Assembly: GCA_963841915.1 (NCBI GenBank)
Contig: CAWJEN010000006.1
Coordinates: 1,248,001 to 1,312,000 of the forward strand
Length of the DNA: 64,000 bases
DNA from: an uncultured Planctomycetota bacterium
GTDB taxonomy: Bacteria; Planctomycetota; Phycisphaerae; Tepidisphaerales; Tepidisphaeraceae
Direction of reading: 5' to 3'
Shown here: one piece after another, positions 1-8,932 of the stretch
How the letters are laid out: each line of letters begins with the position of its first letter
How positions within the stretch are numbered: the first letter of the stretch is position 1
Notes under the pieces: generated by a model
The model's database searches: none
What the model was told of the DNA's origin: nothing
What the model saw: the letters and a program-made list of their open reading frames with translations, nothing else
Translations under genes and position numbers: made by a program

Positions 1-657
1 GGCGGCGTGAGCAACGGTTTCGACTCGTTCCAGGGCGGCGAGGATCCGTCAGGCGACGTGTTGGCCGTCTCGCGGCCGGATGGGCAGACGGTGGCGGTGG
101 CGATCGTGCCGGGGCCGTTGCCGCCGGCGCCGCAGATTCTCGGACAGAGCTTCGAGTTCGAGGAACGGCTGGCCGTCACCTTCGACTTCGACCAGGACGT
201 CTCGGCGTTCCTGTCCCGCAGCGACTACACGATCACCAACCTCGACACCGGCGAGACGCTGCCGCAGTCTGCGGGCGTCTTGTCGTTCAACACGACGAGC
301 AACCAAGCGGTCCTAGACCTGTCGGGCGACGTGCCCAACGGCAACTACCAGCTCGTCGTCGAAGCCAGCGACATCGCCAACGGGGCAGGCGTGCCAGCCA
401 GCGGCGAGCCGATCACGCTCGACTTCTTCGTGCTGGCCGGCGATGCGAACCGGGACCGGCAGGTGTCGATCCTCGACTTTGCCATCCTCCGCAGCAACTT
501 CGGCTCGGCGAGCGGCACGTTCAGCCAGGGCGACTTCAACTACGACGGCCAGGTGAGCATTCTCGACTTCGCCGTCCTTCGCAGCAACTTCGGCGCGAGC
601 CTCCCCGCACCGGCAGCCTCGCTGTTCGCGGAGGAAGAGGTCCGAAGCGTCAGGTGA
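1..657 (+). CDS. 3' part of an exported protein with a C-terminal planctomycete dockerin-like domain (5' truncated by the window edge)
   Basis: Paired repeats GDANRDRQVSILDFAILRSNFG and GDFNYDGQVSILDFAVLRSNFG; frame is open from the window start. Confidence 0.8.
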   Translation, partial: GGVSNGFDSFQGGEDPSGDVLAVSRPDGQTVAVAIVPGPLPPAPQILGQSFEFEERLAVTFDFDQDVSAFLSRSDYTITNLDTGETLPQSAGVLSFNTTSNQAVLDLSGDVPNGNYQLVVEASDIANGAGVPASGEPITLDFFVLAGDANRDRQVSILDFAILRSNFGSASGTFSQGDFNYDGQVSILDFAVLRSNFGASLPAPAASLFAEEEVRSVR

Positions 658-669
658 GGCGGCCGAACG

Positions 670-685
670 TGTTCCACGTGGAACC
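670..685. promoter_or_regulatory. parS: parS centromere-like site
   Basis: TGTTCCACGTGGAACC; palindromic core GTTCCACGTGGAAC matches the chromosomal parS consensus; intergenic. Confidence 0.85.
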
Positions 686-705
686 AAGCCGAATGCAAGG
701 ACATC

Positions 706-2559
706 ATGAGCGTCACGAGCGGCGGCCCTACCCTGCCGCCCCTGCTCATGACGTTGAACGAGAACCCCCAATTCGCCCGCTCGCCGTTCCTCGGCTTCTT
801 CAAGAAGCAGACGGCCAATGCCAAAGATGACACACTTAGCGGCTTGACCGTGGCGCTGGCGCTCGTGCCCGAAGCCGTGGCATTCGCGTTCGTGGCGGGC
901 GTGTCGCCGATCATCGGGCTCTATTCTGCCTTCTTCATCGGGCTCATCACGGCCGTCCTGGGCGGGCGGCCGGGCATGATCAGCGGTGCCACAGGCGCGA
1001 TGGCAGTCGTGGTCGTCTCGCTCGTGGCTGACAAGGGCGTGGCCTACCTGTTCCCGGCAGTTATCCTGGCGGGCGTGTTCCAGATCGTCGTCGGCCTGCT
1101 GCGGCTTGGCATGCTCATCCGCATCGTCCCAGCTTCGGTCATGCTCGGCTTCGTCAACGGCCTGGCCATCGTCATCGGCATGGCGCAGCTCGGCAGCTTC
1201 AAAGTCCTCGGCGACGACGGCCTGCTGCACTACATGAGCAGCACGCCGCTGCTCATCATGCTGGCTTTGGTCTTCGTCACCATGCTCATCATCTGGGGCC
1301 TGCCCAAGCTCACCCGGGCCGTCCCGTCGAGCCTCGTGGCCATCGTCGTCGTTTCGCTCGCAGCCTTCGGGCTCAACGCGGCTTCGGACGGCAACCTCAC
1401 GCCGACCATTCGCGACATGCTCGTCACCAACGAACAGGCCAAGGCCGTTCGCGAAGCCAAAGCCGACCGCGTCGCCGCCAGCGTCGCCACGTACAAGGAG
1501 GAGGTCGAGCAGGAAGGCCTTCGCGTCGTGCCGACCGGTGACGTGAAGCTGCCTGCCGAGGCTGTCGGTGCCGCCATCGCGTCCGTCGACGCAGACGCCG
1601 TCGGGCTGTCGGCAGGCGTACCCAGACCCTTCTTTTTCACCGAAGACTGGTCGATCGACCAAGGCACGTTTAAGCCGTACCTGCCGGCGAACCTGCTCGA
1701 CACGCTCCTGACGATCCTGCCGTTCGCGCTCATCCTGGCGGGTGTGGGTCTGATCGAATCGCTCATGACGCTCACGCTCGTCGACGAGATCACCGAGACC
1801 CGCGGCCGCGGCAACCGCGAGTGCGTCGGCCAGGGCATTGCCAACGTCACCACCGGCCTGTTCGGCGGGATGGGTGGCTGTGCCATGATCGGACAGTCTC
1901 TGATCAACGTGAATTCCGGCGGTCGCGGTCGCTTGTCAGGCATCGTCGCTGCCGTCGCCCTGCTGCTCTTCGTGCTCGTGCTGGCGCCGCTCATCGAGCT
2001 CATCCCGATGGCGGCGTTGGTCGGTGTCATGTTCATGGTCGTCATCGGCACGTTCGAGTGGGCCACGCTGAAGATGTGGCGTCGCTTCCCGATTGCCGAC
2101 TTCTGCGTCATGCTGCTTGTCACCGGCTACACCGTCTTCATGCATGACCTGGCCACCGCCGTCATTCTCGGCGTCGCCGCGTCTGCCCTCGTCTTTGCCT
2201 GGCGGCACGCGTTCCACCTCGGCGTCGACGTCAAATACACCGACACCGGGGCCAAGCACTACCAGCTCCACGGCGCCCTCTTCTTCGGCAGCGTCACCCA
2301 CTTTGCCGACAGCTTCGACCCCATCCACGACCCCGACGAAGTGATCGTCGACTTCTACTACACGAGGGTCTACGACCAGTCGGGCCTGGAGGCGATCAAC
2401 AAGCTTTCGGAGCGATACCGCAACCTCGGCAAGAACCTCCACCTCACGCACCTCTCGCCCGAGTGCCGCCAACTGCTCGACAAGGCAGGCGAGTTCGTCG
2501 AAGTGAACATGAGCGAGGACCCGCAGTACCACGTGGCGTCGGATCGATTGTCGACCTGA
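706..2559 (+). CDS. SulP family inorganic anion transporter with C-terminal STAS domain
   Basis: [42 protein letters not shown] motifs; STAS-like GALFFGS...DQSGLEAI; start could also be 748. Confidence 0.93.
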   Translation: MSVTSGGPTLPPLLMTLNENPQFARSPFLGFFKKQTANAKDDTLSGLTVALALVPEAVAFAFVAGVSPIIGLYSAFFIGLITAVLGGRPGMISGATGAMAVVVVSLVADKGVAYLFPAVILAGVFQIVVGLLRLGMLIRIVPASVMLGFVNGLAIVIGMAQLGSFKVLGDDGLLHYMSSTPLLIMLALVFVTMLIIWGLPKLTRAVPSSLVAIVVVSLAAFGLNAASDGNLTPTIRDMLVTNEQAKAVREAKADRVAASVATYKEEVEQEGLRVVPTGDVKLPAEAVGAAIASVDADAVGLSAGVPRPFFFTEDWSIDQGTFKPYLPANLLDTLLTILPFALILAGVGLIESLMTLTLVDEITETRGRGNRECVGQGIANVTTGLFGGMGGCAMIGQSLINVNSGGRGRLSGIVAAVALLLFVLVLAPLIELIPMAALVGVMFMVVIGTFEWATLKMWRRFPIADFCVMLLVTGYTVFMHDLATAVILGVAASALVFAWRHAFHLGVDVKYTDTGAKHYQLHGALFFGSVTHFADSFDPIHDPDEVIVDFYYTRVYDQSGLEAINKLSERYRNLGKNLHLTHLSPECRQLLDKAGEFVEVNMSEDPQYHVASDRLST

Positions 2560-2613
2560 TGCGCTGCGCCGCGGCGGCCGATTGGGGATCGAGAGGCGGC
2601 GGCGGAGCGGGAT

Positions 2614-2629
2614 TGTTCCACGTGGAACA
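2614..2629. promoter_or_regulatory. parS: parS centromere-like site
   Basis: TGTTCCACGTGGAACA, perfect 16-bp palindrome, intergenic. Confidence 0.88.
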
Positions 2630-2678
2630 TTCCAAACCCCCGCCACGATCCGCCAGAGCGGTTGCCGTCGTCGGCCGA

Positions 2679-2694
2679 TGTTCCACGTGGAACC
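2679..2694. promoter_or_regulatory. parS: parS centromere-like site
   Basis: TGTTCCACGTGGAACC, intergenic, 65 bp from the previous copy. Confidence 0.85.
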
Positions 2695-2858
2695 ATTGCG
2701 GTCCGCCGGTGCGTAGGCGGGTCGTCCGTAGTGCGTTGTTTCGTGTGGTGCTGCTGCGGGATTTCCAACGGCTTTTGGAGGCGCAGGCGGTCGCGGTCCG
2801 TACGCCGCAATGACGCCGATCCGTTGCGCCGCCGCGGCCGCCTTCGTACCGTGCTGCC

Positions 2859-3182
2859 GTGCCGTTGCTCGACTACGAGACACCTGCCAAGAGGCCGCGT
2901 CGTCACTGGCTAAAGGCGCTGCCGATGGTCGTCGCCGTCGTCATCGTGGTGATCCTGCTTGTCGCCGCCATAGCCGTCCTGCTCGCCACCGCCACGCGAG
3001 CCGCCAGCAGCGACGAAAGCGGCCTCTCATCGGCCATCTGCATCGCCCTGTCGGTCCTGGTCTTCCTCGGCGGTGCGGCGTTGCTGGTCCAACTCACGTC
3101 TGCCGCCCGCCACGCCGCCCGCCCGCCGATTCCGAAGCGTTCAACGGCGGATTTCGTCAGGCGGTTGAAAGGCGAGGAATGA
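2859..3182 (+). CDS. small two-TM membrane protein, hypothetical
   Basis: Two hydrophobic stretches, N-terminal LDY motif; TACCGT 6 nt before the GTG start. Confidence 0.6.
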   Translation: MPLLDYETPAKRPRRHWLKALPMVVAVVIVVILLVAAIAVLLATATRAASSDESGLSSAICIALSVLVFLGGAALLVQLTSAARHAARPPIPKRSTADFVRRLKGEE

Positions 3183-3425
3183 ATCGTGCCCGCCGCAGTC
3201 GCTTTGTGTGGCTGTACGGCAATCCGTGGGCAAGGCATGCAAGACGCCGCCCGCGCCGCACGGTGTAAGCCATCGACCGCCCAATCCGTTCGCCGATTGA
3301 ACGGTGCAGGGCACGACGCCGTACACGAAAGGTCGGCAAGCGCTGCTTGCAACCGCCGATGGTCTCGCTGTCGCACCGGAGCTGATTCGGCCGCACCTCC
3401 TTGTCTCACGCCCCACCTTGCCACT

Positions 3426-5117
3426 GTGAGTTGTTGTTTTCGATGGACCGCCTGCCTCTGCGTGGGCTTGCTGATGGCTGCGACGCCCGGCTTTGCCGCC
3501 GGGACACGCGTCGTCGTTGCCGCTACCGACACCGCCGCCTCTTCGGGTGGCAAGTACGTGAGCTTTTCCTCCCAGATCTTCGGCGGCGGGAAGGTTCACT
3601 ACGTCGCCAGCCTCAGCGGCGTCGGCTTCTTCGAACGTGCCGACGGCCTCTTCACCGTCGGCAACAACGTCACCCGCAGGGTCGCGCTCACCGGCGACAC
3701 CGCCGACACCGTCCGCGACCTTCAATACGGCGGCTTCTCCCGGCTCGGCAGCGACCGCTTCGGACAGACTTCCTTCGTCGCACCCTTGATTAGCAACGGC
3801 GGCCCCGCCTTTGCCACCGGCCTCTTCACCGATGACGGCGACCCGACGACCCGCATCATCACCGATGATCCGACGCCCGAGGGAACGCTCGCACAACTCA
3901 ACGCCTACGGCATCAACGACAACGGCCTCATCGGCCTCGTCGCCAACCAGCGAAACACCTCCGGCAACAGTCTGACGTCGATCTTCGTCTCCGATGGCGG
4001 GCCGTTGCAAACGGTGGTCGTCGGCGGCGAACTCACCTCGACGGGCACCTTCGATCTGCTGTCGGCACCGACGCCCGTTCCCGACGACGACGGCAACGTC
4101 GTCTTCAGCGCCACGCTCTTCAACAACACCGTCTCCAGCGGAAGCCGCGGCCTGTTCACCGGCAACCCGACAGTCATCAATCCCATCCTCATCACCGGCG
4201 AAAACAGCCCGTACGGCGGAACGTACGGTGATCCACAAGCCTCCTCCTTCGCCGCAGACGGCAGCTACGCCATCGTAGCCGACATGGCATCGTCGGCCGG
4301 TACCACCACGGCCTTGCTTCGCCCCGGCGCGCTCGGCGCACAACCCGTTCTTTTCGAAGGAGACACCCTTCGCAGCGGCACCTCGACCCGCACCATCGGC
4401 ACGTTCGGCCGACCGCTCGCCGCCTGCAACGGAAAGGTCGCTTTCGTCGCACAAATCGCCCCCGACGGCACGGCACCCGATCGCGACGTCATCGCCACCT
4501 ACCTGCGCGGCCAGGCTGTCGAAGTCCTTGCTGCCGACCGGCCCGGCACGCCCAGTCGCACCGCCTTCGGCAAGCTCGCTCTCAACGACCGCGGGCAACT
4601 CGTCGCCCTGCAGGTACGCAACGACTCCAAACGCGAAGTCCTCTGGTTCTTCGACCCCGTCATCGGCCTGCTCGAAGTCGATCGGGTCACAACGGCTGCG
4701 AGCGGCGTACGCAAGCTGTTCTTCGAAGACCGTGCCGCCACCATGGACGGCCTCGGCGACGACGGGCAGGTCGTTTACGTCCGCGAGTTCGATATGGGCC
4801 GGCAGGAGCTGATGCTGTGGACGCCACCGAACCTCGCCGACCTGCTGCCTGCCGACGCGAACATGGACGGCACCGTCTCGATCCTCGACTTTGCCATCCT
4901 GCGGAACAACTTCGGGAACCCGTACGCGTTCTTCACGACCGGCGACTTCAACGGCGACGGCATCGTCAGCATTCTCGACTTTGCCATCCTGCGCAGCAAC
5001 TTCGGCGGCTCCGCCGCCCAACTGGCGGCTATCGACGCATGGGCCCAAAGCGTCCCGGAACCTTCCGGCGTCGCCGGCTTGGCGGTCGTCGGCTTCCTCC
5101 TGCGTCGCCGCCGGTGA
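3426..5117 (+). CDS. PEP-CTERM exported protein with NxxGxxAF-like repeats and dockerin-like domain
   Basis: Signal-like N-terminus (start GTG 3426 uncertain); INDNGLIGL, LNDRGQLVAL repeats; DANMDGTVSILDFAILRNNFG; C-terminal VPEP-TM-RRRR. Confidence 0.82.
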   Translation: MSCCFRWTACLCVGLLMAATPGFAAGTRVVVAATDTAASSGGKYVSFSSQIFGGGKVHYVASLSGVGFFERADGLFTVGNNVTRRVALTGDTADTVRDLQYGGFSRLGSDRFGQTSFVAPLISNGGPAFATGLFTDDGDPTTRIITDDPTPEGTLAQLNAYGINDNGLIGLVANQRNTSGNSLTSIFVSDGGPLQTVVVGGELTSTGTFDLLSAPTPVPDDDGNVVFSATLFNNTVSSGSRGLFTGNPTVINPILITGENSPYGGTYGDPQASSFAADGSYAIVADMASSAGTTTALLRPGALGAQPVLFEGDTLRSGTSTRTIGTFGRPLAACNGKVAFVAQIAPDGTAPDRDVIATYLRGQAVEVLAADRPGTPSRTAFGKLALNDRGQLVALQVRNDSKREVLWFFDPVIGLLEVDRVTTAASGVRKLFFEDRAATMDGLGDDGQVVYVREFDMGRQELMLWTPPNLADLLPADANMDGTVSILDFAILRNNFGNPYAFFTTGDFNGDGIVSILDFAILRSNFGGSAAQLAAIDAWAQSVPEPSGVAGLAVVGFLLRRRR

Positions 5118-5354
5118 GGCGGAAGACGGTTCATGCAAAGCACGCATCAATGGTCCGTTCGTCACGGATGCGGATGAGTGAGAAACACGTTCGGGTCCGA
5201 CAGCGGCGTGCCGCGCGGCGATCTACTCGGACAAGTGTCGTCCAAACCTGACGCGGCCGACGAACGACGATGTTGAATCTCCCAAGCAGGCGCTTGCGGC
5301 GTTGCGTCCTGAAGCTGAAGATGTTCAGGGGCGAATTTCCACCCTGGAGGAACC

Positions 5355-6920
5355 ATGACCCAAGCCCGCCGCGCCACCTGTCTCGCCCTGCTCCTTGCCG
5401 CGCCCGCCCGGGCGATCGACCTCGTCAGCCCGCGCGCTGCCGCCGTCGATCAGCCACAGATCAACGTCGCCCTGTCGCGGCCGGGGTCACCCAATGTCGC
5501 TTTGGCAGGCGATGATCCGTTCGGCGGGGAGTCGATCGTCTTCGGCGCGTTCTACGACACCGGGGCCAGCGGCATCGTCCTCGGGCCGCAGTTGGCAGAC
5601 ACACTCGGCCTGTCGCTCCAGCAGCAAAATGGCACGCCCGTCGTCTTCAGCGACGTCTCGCCGGGCGGCTTCGTCGACTACAACGTGTCTGAGCCCGTCC
5701 ACTTCAACATGGCCGACTCGCTGGGTTACCTCGACAACTCGGCCATCCGCAGCCAGCTGCTCAGCGAGCCTGGCCTGTTCCCGAACAACCTGTTCAACAC
5801 GCGGACCATGCCGCTGCGCTCGCAGGTCGGCCCGACGACTTCGGGCGGTGGGCTTTCCAGTGAGATCAACGTCGTCGGCACCCCTGCGATGAGCGGCCGC
5901 ACGATGGTCATGAATCCTGCGCCCACCAACGGCTACCTCGACTTCTATGTGGCCGTCCTCAACGGTGAGCCGATCACCGACGACGACCTCGACGTCTTCA
6001 TGCGGACGGCCAACCGCTCCAACGCACCCGTCCCGCTGCAACAGCAAACCGCGGGCAATCCGCCGCGTCAGCCCGACCACGCGATCGCCACCACGCTCGT
6101 CGACTTCTCGCGATACACCCGCATCACGCCCGGTGCCACGCCTCCCGCGCAGTCGACCAACCCGATGATCGGCCCCAGCCCCATCGACGGCACCGGCGAC
6201 GCGCCGGGCGTGCAGATCGGGCTCAACGGCAGTGTCAGCGAAGGGTCGTGGCTGTTCGACACCGGCGCTGCCGCCAGCTTCGTCAGCAGCCAGACGGCCG
6301 CCGACCTGGGCGTGAGCTACGCCGACGGTGCAGGCCCCGGCAGCGACGCACCGCGGCTCGACGGCGTGCCGCTCGATCGACAGTTCACGCTCACCATCAG
6401 CGGCATCAGTGGCAATGCCGTGGAAATTGCCGGTTTCTACGCCGACGACCTGTTGCTCCGCTCAACTGACGGCGACGTCAACAACCCGAACGACCCGGCC
6501 CACGTCCGCTTCGGCGGCGCGCCGGTGCTGATCCTCGACATCGAGCTTGCAGATCCGGACGCGGGGGAGACGATCATTCTCGACGGCATTTTGGGCATGA
6601 ATTACTTTGTCGCCAGTGCCGACTTCGAGATCCTGCCCGGCGAGTTCCTGCCGATCATCACCGACTTTGCCGAGGCCCCGTTCGAGGAGCTGACGTACAA
6701 CGGCGACACGGGCCTGATCGGCTTGAACCGTTTTGCCGACGGCCTGCCGATGGAGCAACCGTCGGGCGACCTTGATCAAGAGGCCGCCACCGCCCGCCTG
6801 CTCGCCGGCCTGGGCGGCCCCGTCCGCGGCGGTTCGATGGCAAGATTCGCCAACGTCCCGGAACCGACCTGCGGTCTGGCCGTGTTCGCTCTGTGCGGGC
6901 TACTCCGTCGGCGGCGTTGA
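5355..6920 (+). CDS. PEP-CTERM aspartic peptidase-like protein (two DTG motifs)
   Basis: SD GGAGG; signal peptide; FYDTGASG and LFDTGAAAS; DGILGMN; C-terminal VPEP-TM-RRRR. Confidence 0.78.
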   Translation: MTQARRATCLALLLAAPARAIDLVSPRAAAVDQPQINVALSRPGSPNVALAGDDPFGGESIVFGAFYDTGASGIVLGPQLADTLGLSLQQQNGTPVVFSDVSPGGFVDYNVSEPVHFNMADSLGYLDNSAIRSQLLSEPGLFPNNLFNTRTMPLRSQVGPTTSGGGLSSEINVVGTPAMSGRTMVMNPAPTNGYLDFYVAVLNGEPITDDDLDVFMRTANRSNAPVPLQQQTAGNPPRQPDHAIATTLVDFSRYTRITPGATPPAQSTNPMIGPSPIDGTGDAPGVQIGLNGSVSEGSWLFDTGAAASFVSSQTAADLGVSYADGAGPGSDAPRLDGVPLDRQFTLTISGISGNAVEIAGFYADDLLLRSTDGDVNNPNDPAHVRFGGAPVLILDIELADPDAGETIILDGILGMNYFVASADFEILPGEFLPIITDFAEAPFEELTYNGDTGLIGLNRFADGLPMEQPSGDLDQEAATARLLAGLGGPVRGGSMARFANVPEPTCGLAVFALCGLLRRRR

Positions 6921-7097
6921 GCCTGGCTCTGTCGACGGCCGACGGACTGCTTTGTTGGCACGCGTTTCCGTGCAGGAGAAGGTGTGGCCGACGACGGGCG
7001 ACCTGCGGACGTTCAAGGCGTCGGCGCGGGCGCGGAAGGCGGTGGCGGAGCGCGAGCTTTTCGATTGAACAGCCGTCGCCGCTAGACTCACGGCAAC

Positions 7098-8843
7098 GTG
7101 CTGACGCTTCTCGTACTTCAAGGGCCTGACCGCGGCAAACGGTTCGAGTTGCCCGACCGGCCGGCGCTGGTGGGGCGGGAGCGGGCCAACGTCAAGCTCG
7201 ACGACAACACCTGCAGCCGAAAGCACGCCGAGCTGCGGCCAAGCGCGTACGGCGACCGCTGGACCATCCGCGACCTGGGCAGCTCCAACGGCACCTGGCT
7301 CAACGGCCAACGCGTCTACACGCAGCCGCAGGAACTCAAAAGCGGTGACCAGGTGCGCGTCGGCTCGACGCTCCTGCTCTTCGGCGTGGCGGCGGGTGTG
7401 TCACGTGAGTCGACCGGCAGCGTGAAACTCGAAACGGTCGAAAGCGGCATGGACTCGGCCATCGTCGCGTCGCTGCCGGCGGCCAACGACGATTCGATAG
7501 TGCTGGCCGTTCCCGAACCGGCGGCGGCGGCGATGGCGAATCTTAAAGTCCTGTACCGACTCTCGGCAGCACTCGGTAGCCAGTTCAGCACCGACCAGGT
7601 GCTTGATGTCGTCCTCGACCTTGTATTCGAGACCGTCCGCGCCGACCGGGCAGTCGCCCTGCTGTATGACGAGAACGGCGAGCTCGAGCCGCGGGTCGTG
7701 CGAAGGCGGGACGGCTCGGTCGACGAGCCGGTCGACAGCGACAGGCCGCCGAAGGTGGAGAAGATTCGGGCCAGTCGCACGATCTTGAACCACGTCGTCC
7801 GTACAGGCGAGGGCGTTGTCTGCAGCAACGCGATGACCGACCGCCGGTTCAAGGCCGGCAGCAGCGTGCAGAACCTCGGCATTCGCAGTGCGATCTGCTG
7901 CCCGATCAAAGTCCGCCGCCTCGATACAAGCCTGGAGGCCTCGGGCAAATTGGGTGAGGAATCGCCCGACGAAGTGCTGGGCGTGTTGTACGTCGATTCG
8001 AGCGTGCAGAACTACACGTACGGCGTCGAACAGCTTCGCCTGCTCACAGCCATCGGATTGCAAACGGGGCTCGCATTGCAGAATGCAACGCTGTACCGGC
8101 AAGGGTTGCGGGCCGAGCGACTGGCGGCGGTGGGTGAGACGACGGCTGCGCTGTCGCACTCGATCAAGAACATTCTCCAGGCCTTGCGTGGCGGAGCGAA
8201 CGTTGTGGAGATGGCCCGCAAGCGACGCGACTGGAAACAGCTCGACAAGGGCTGGGGTGTCGTCGACCGCAACATGGACCGCATCTTCGGCCTGACCATG
8301 AACCTGCTGGCCTACAGCAAACCGCGTGAGCCGGTGCGACGCCTCGTCAACCCGCGGCAGACGATCGACGAGTGCGTCGACCTCATCGCGACGACGGCTC
8401 AAACACGGGGCGTCATGGTGGTGGCCGACGTGGCCGACGATCAGCCGGCGGTCCCGCTCGACACCGGCGGCCTGCACCAGGCCCTGATGAACCTGCTGAC
8501 CAATGCCGTTGACGCGATTGCCGACGACGGTGACGAAACGCAGGCGGGCCTGGTCAAGGTCAGCTGTCGCTATGACCCCGAAGGCAAGCGGACGATCATC
8601 AGTGTCACCGACAACGGCCCGGGCATCGACCCCAACGTCGCCAGGCATTTGTTCGAGCTGTTCCACAGCACCAAAGGCAACCGCGGCACAGGCCTGGGCT
8701 TGCCTGTCGCCCGCAAGATCGTCGAGGAACACGACGGCACGCTCAGCGTCGAAAGCCGCACCGGTCACGGCACCACCTTCGAGATCAGCCTGCCTGCCTT
8801 TGAAGAGCAAAACGACGACCCGAGTCACACGCACGCGGGCTAA
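7098..8843 (+). CDS. FHA-GAF sensor histidine kinase
   Basis: FHA (VGR...SRKHA...DLGSSNGT), GAF (SAICCP...GVLYVD), H-box LSHSIKN, N box NLLTNA, DNGPG, GTGLGL. Confidence 0.92.
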   Translation: MLTLLVLQGPDRGKRFELPDRPALVGRERANVKLDDNTCSRKHAELRPSAYGDRWTIRDLGSSNGTWLNGQRVYTQPQELKSGDQVRVGSTLLLFGVAAGVSRESTGSVKLETVESGMDSAIVASLPAANDDSIVLAVPEPAAAAMANLKVLYRLSAALGSQFSTDQVLDVVLDLVFETVRADRAVALLYDENGELEPRVVRRRDGSVDEPVDSDRPPKVEKIRASRTILNHVVRTGEGVVCSNAMTDRRFKAGSSVQNLGIRSAICCPIKVRRLDTSLEASGKLGEESPDEVLGVLYVDSSVQNYTYGVEQLRLLTAIGLQTGLALQNATLYRQGLRAERLAAVGETTAALSHSIKNILQALRGGANVVEMARKRRDWKQLDKGWGVVDRNMDRIFGLTMNLLAYSKPREPVRRLVNPRQTIDECVDLIATTAQTRGVMVVADVADDQPAVPLDTGGLHQALMNLLTNAVDAIADDGDETQAGLVKVSCRYDPEGKRTIISVTDNGPGIDPNVARHLFELFHSTKGNRGTGLGLPVARKIVEEHDGTLSVESRTGHGTTFEISLPAFEEQNDDPSHTHAG

Positions 8844-8853
8844 CGCAAAGAGA

Positions 8854-8924
8854 CGAGTAACGAGAGATGACTAACGAGCCGCAGAGTCGGACGCTGGACC
8901 TCGTTACGCATCTCCTCTTACTCG
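8854..8924. terminator. imperfect inverted repeat between convergent genes
   Basis: CGAGTAACGAGAGATG.. pairs with ..CATCTCCTCTTACTCG; inner TAACGAG pairs with CTCGTTA. Confidence 0.45.
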
Positions 8925-8932
8925 CTACTGAC

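Noticed and set aside
1..3000. oriC in this window
   Set aside because: No DnaA-box cluster, AT-rich unwinding element or dnaA gene seen, despite the parS sites
6970..7068. Short ORF VQEKVWPTTGDLRTFKASARARKAVAERELFD
   Set aside because: Looks like a C-terminal gene remnant; no expression signal and no family could be assigned
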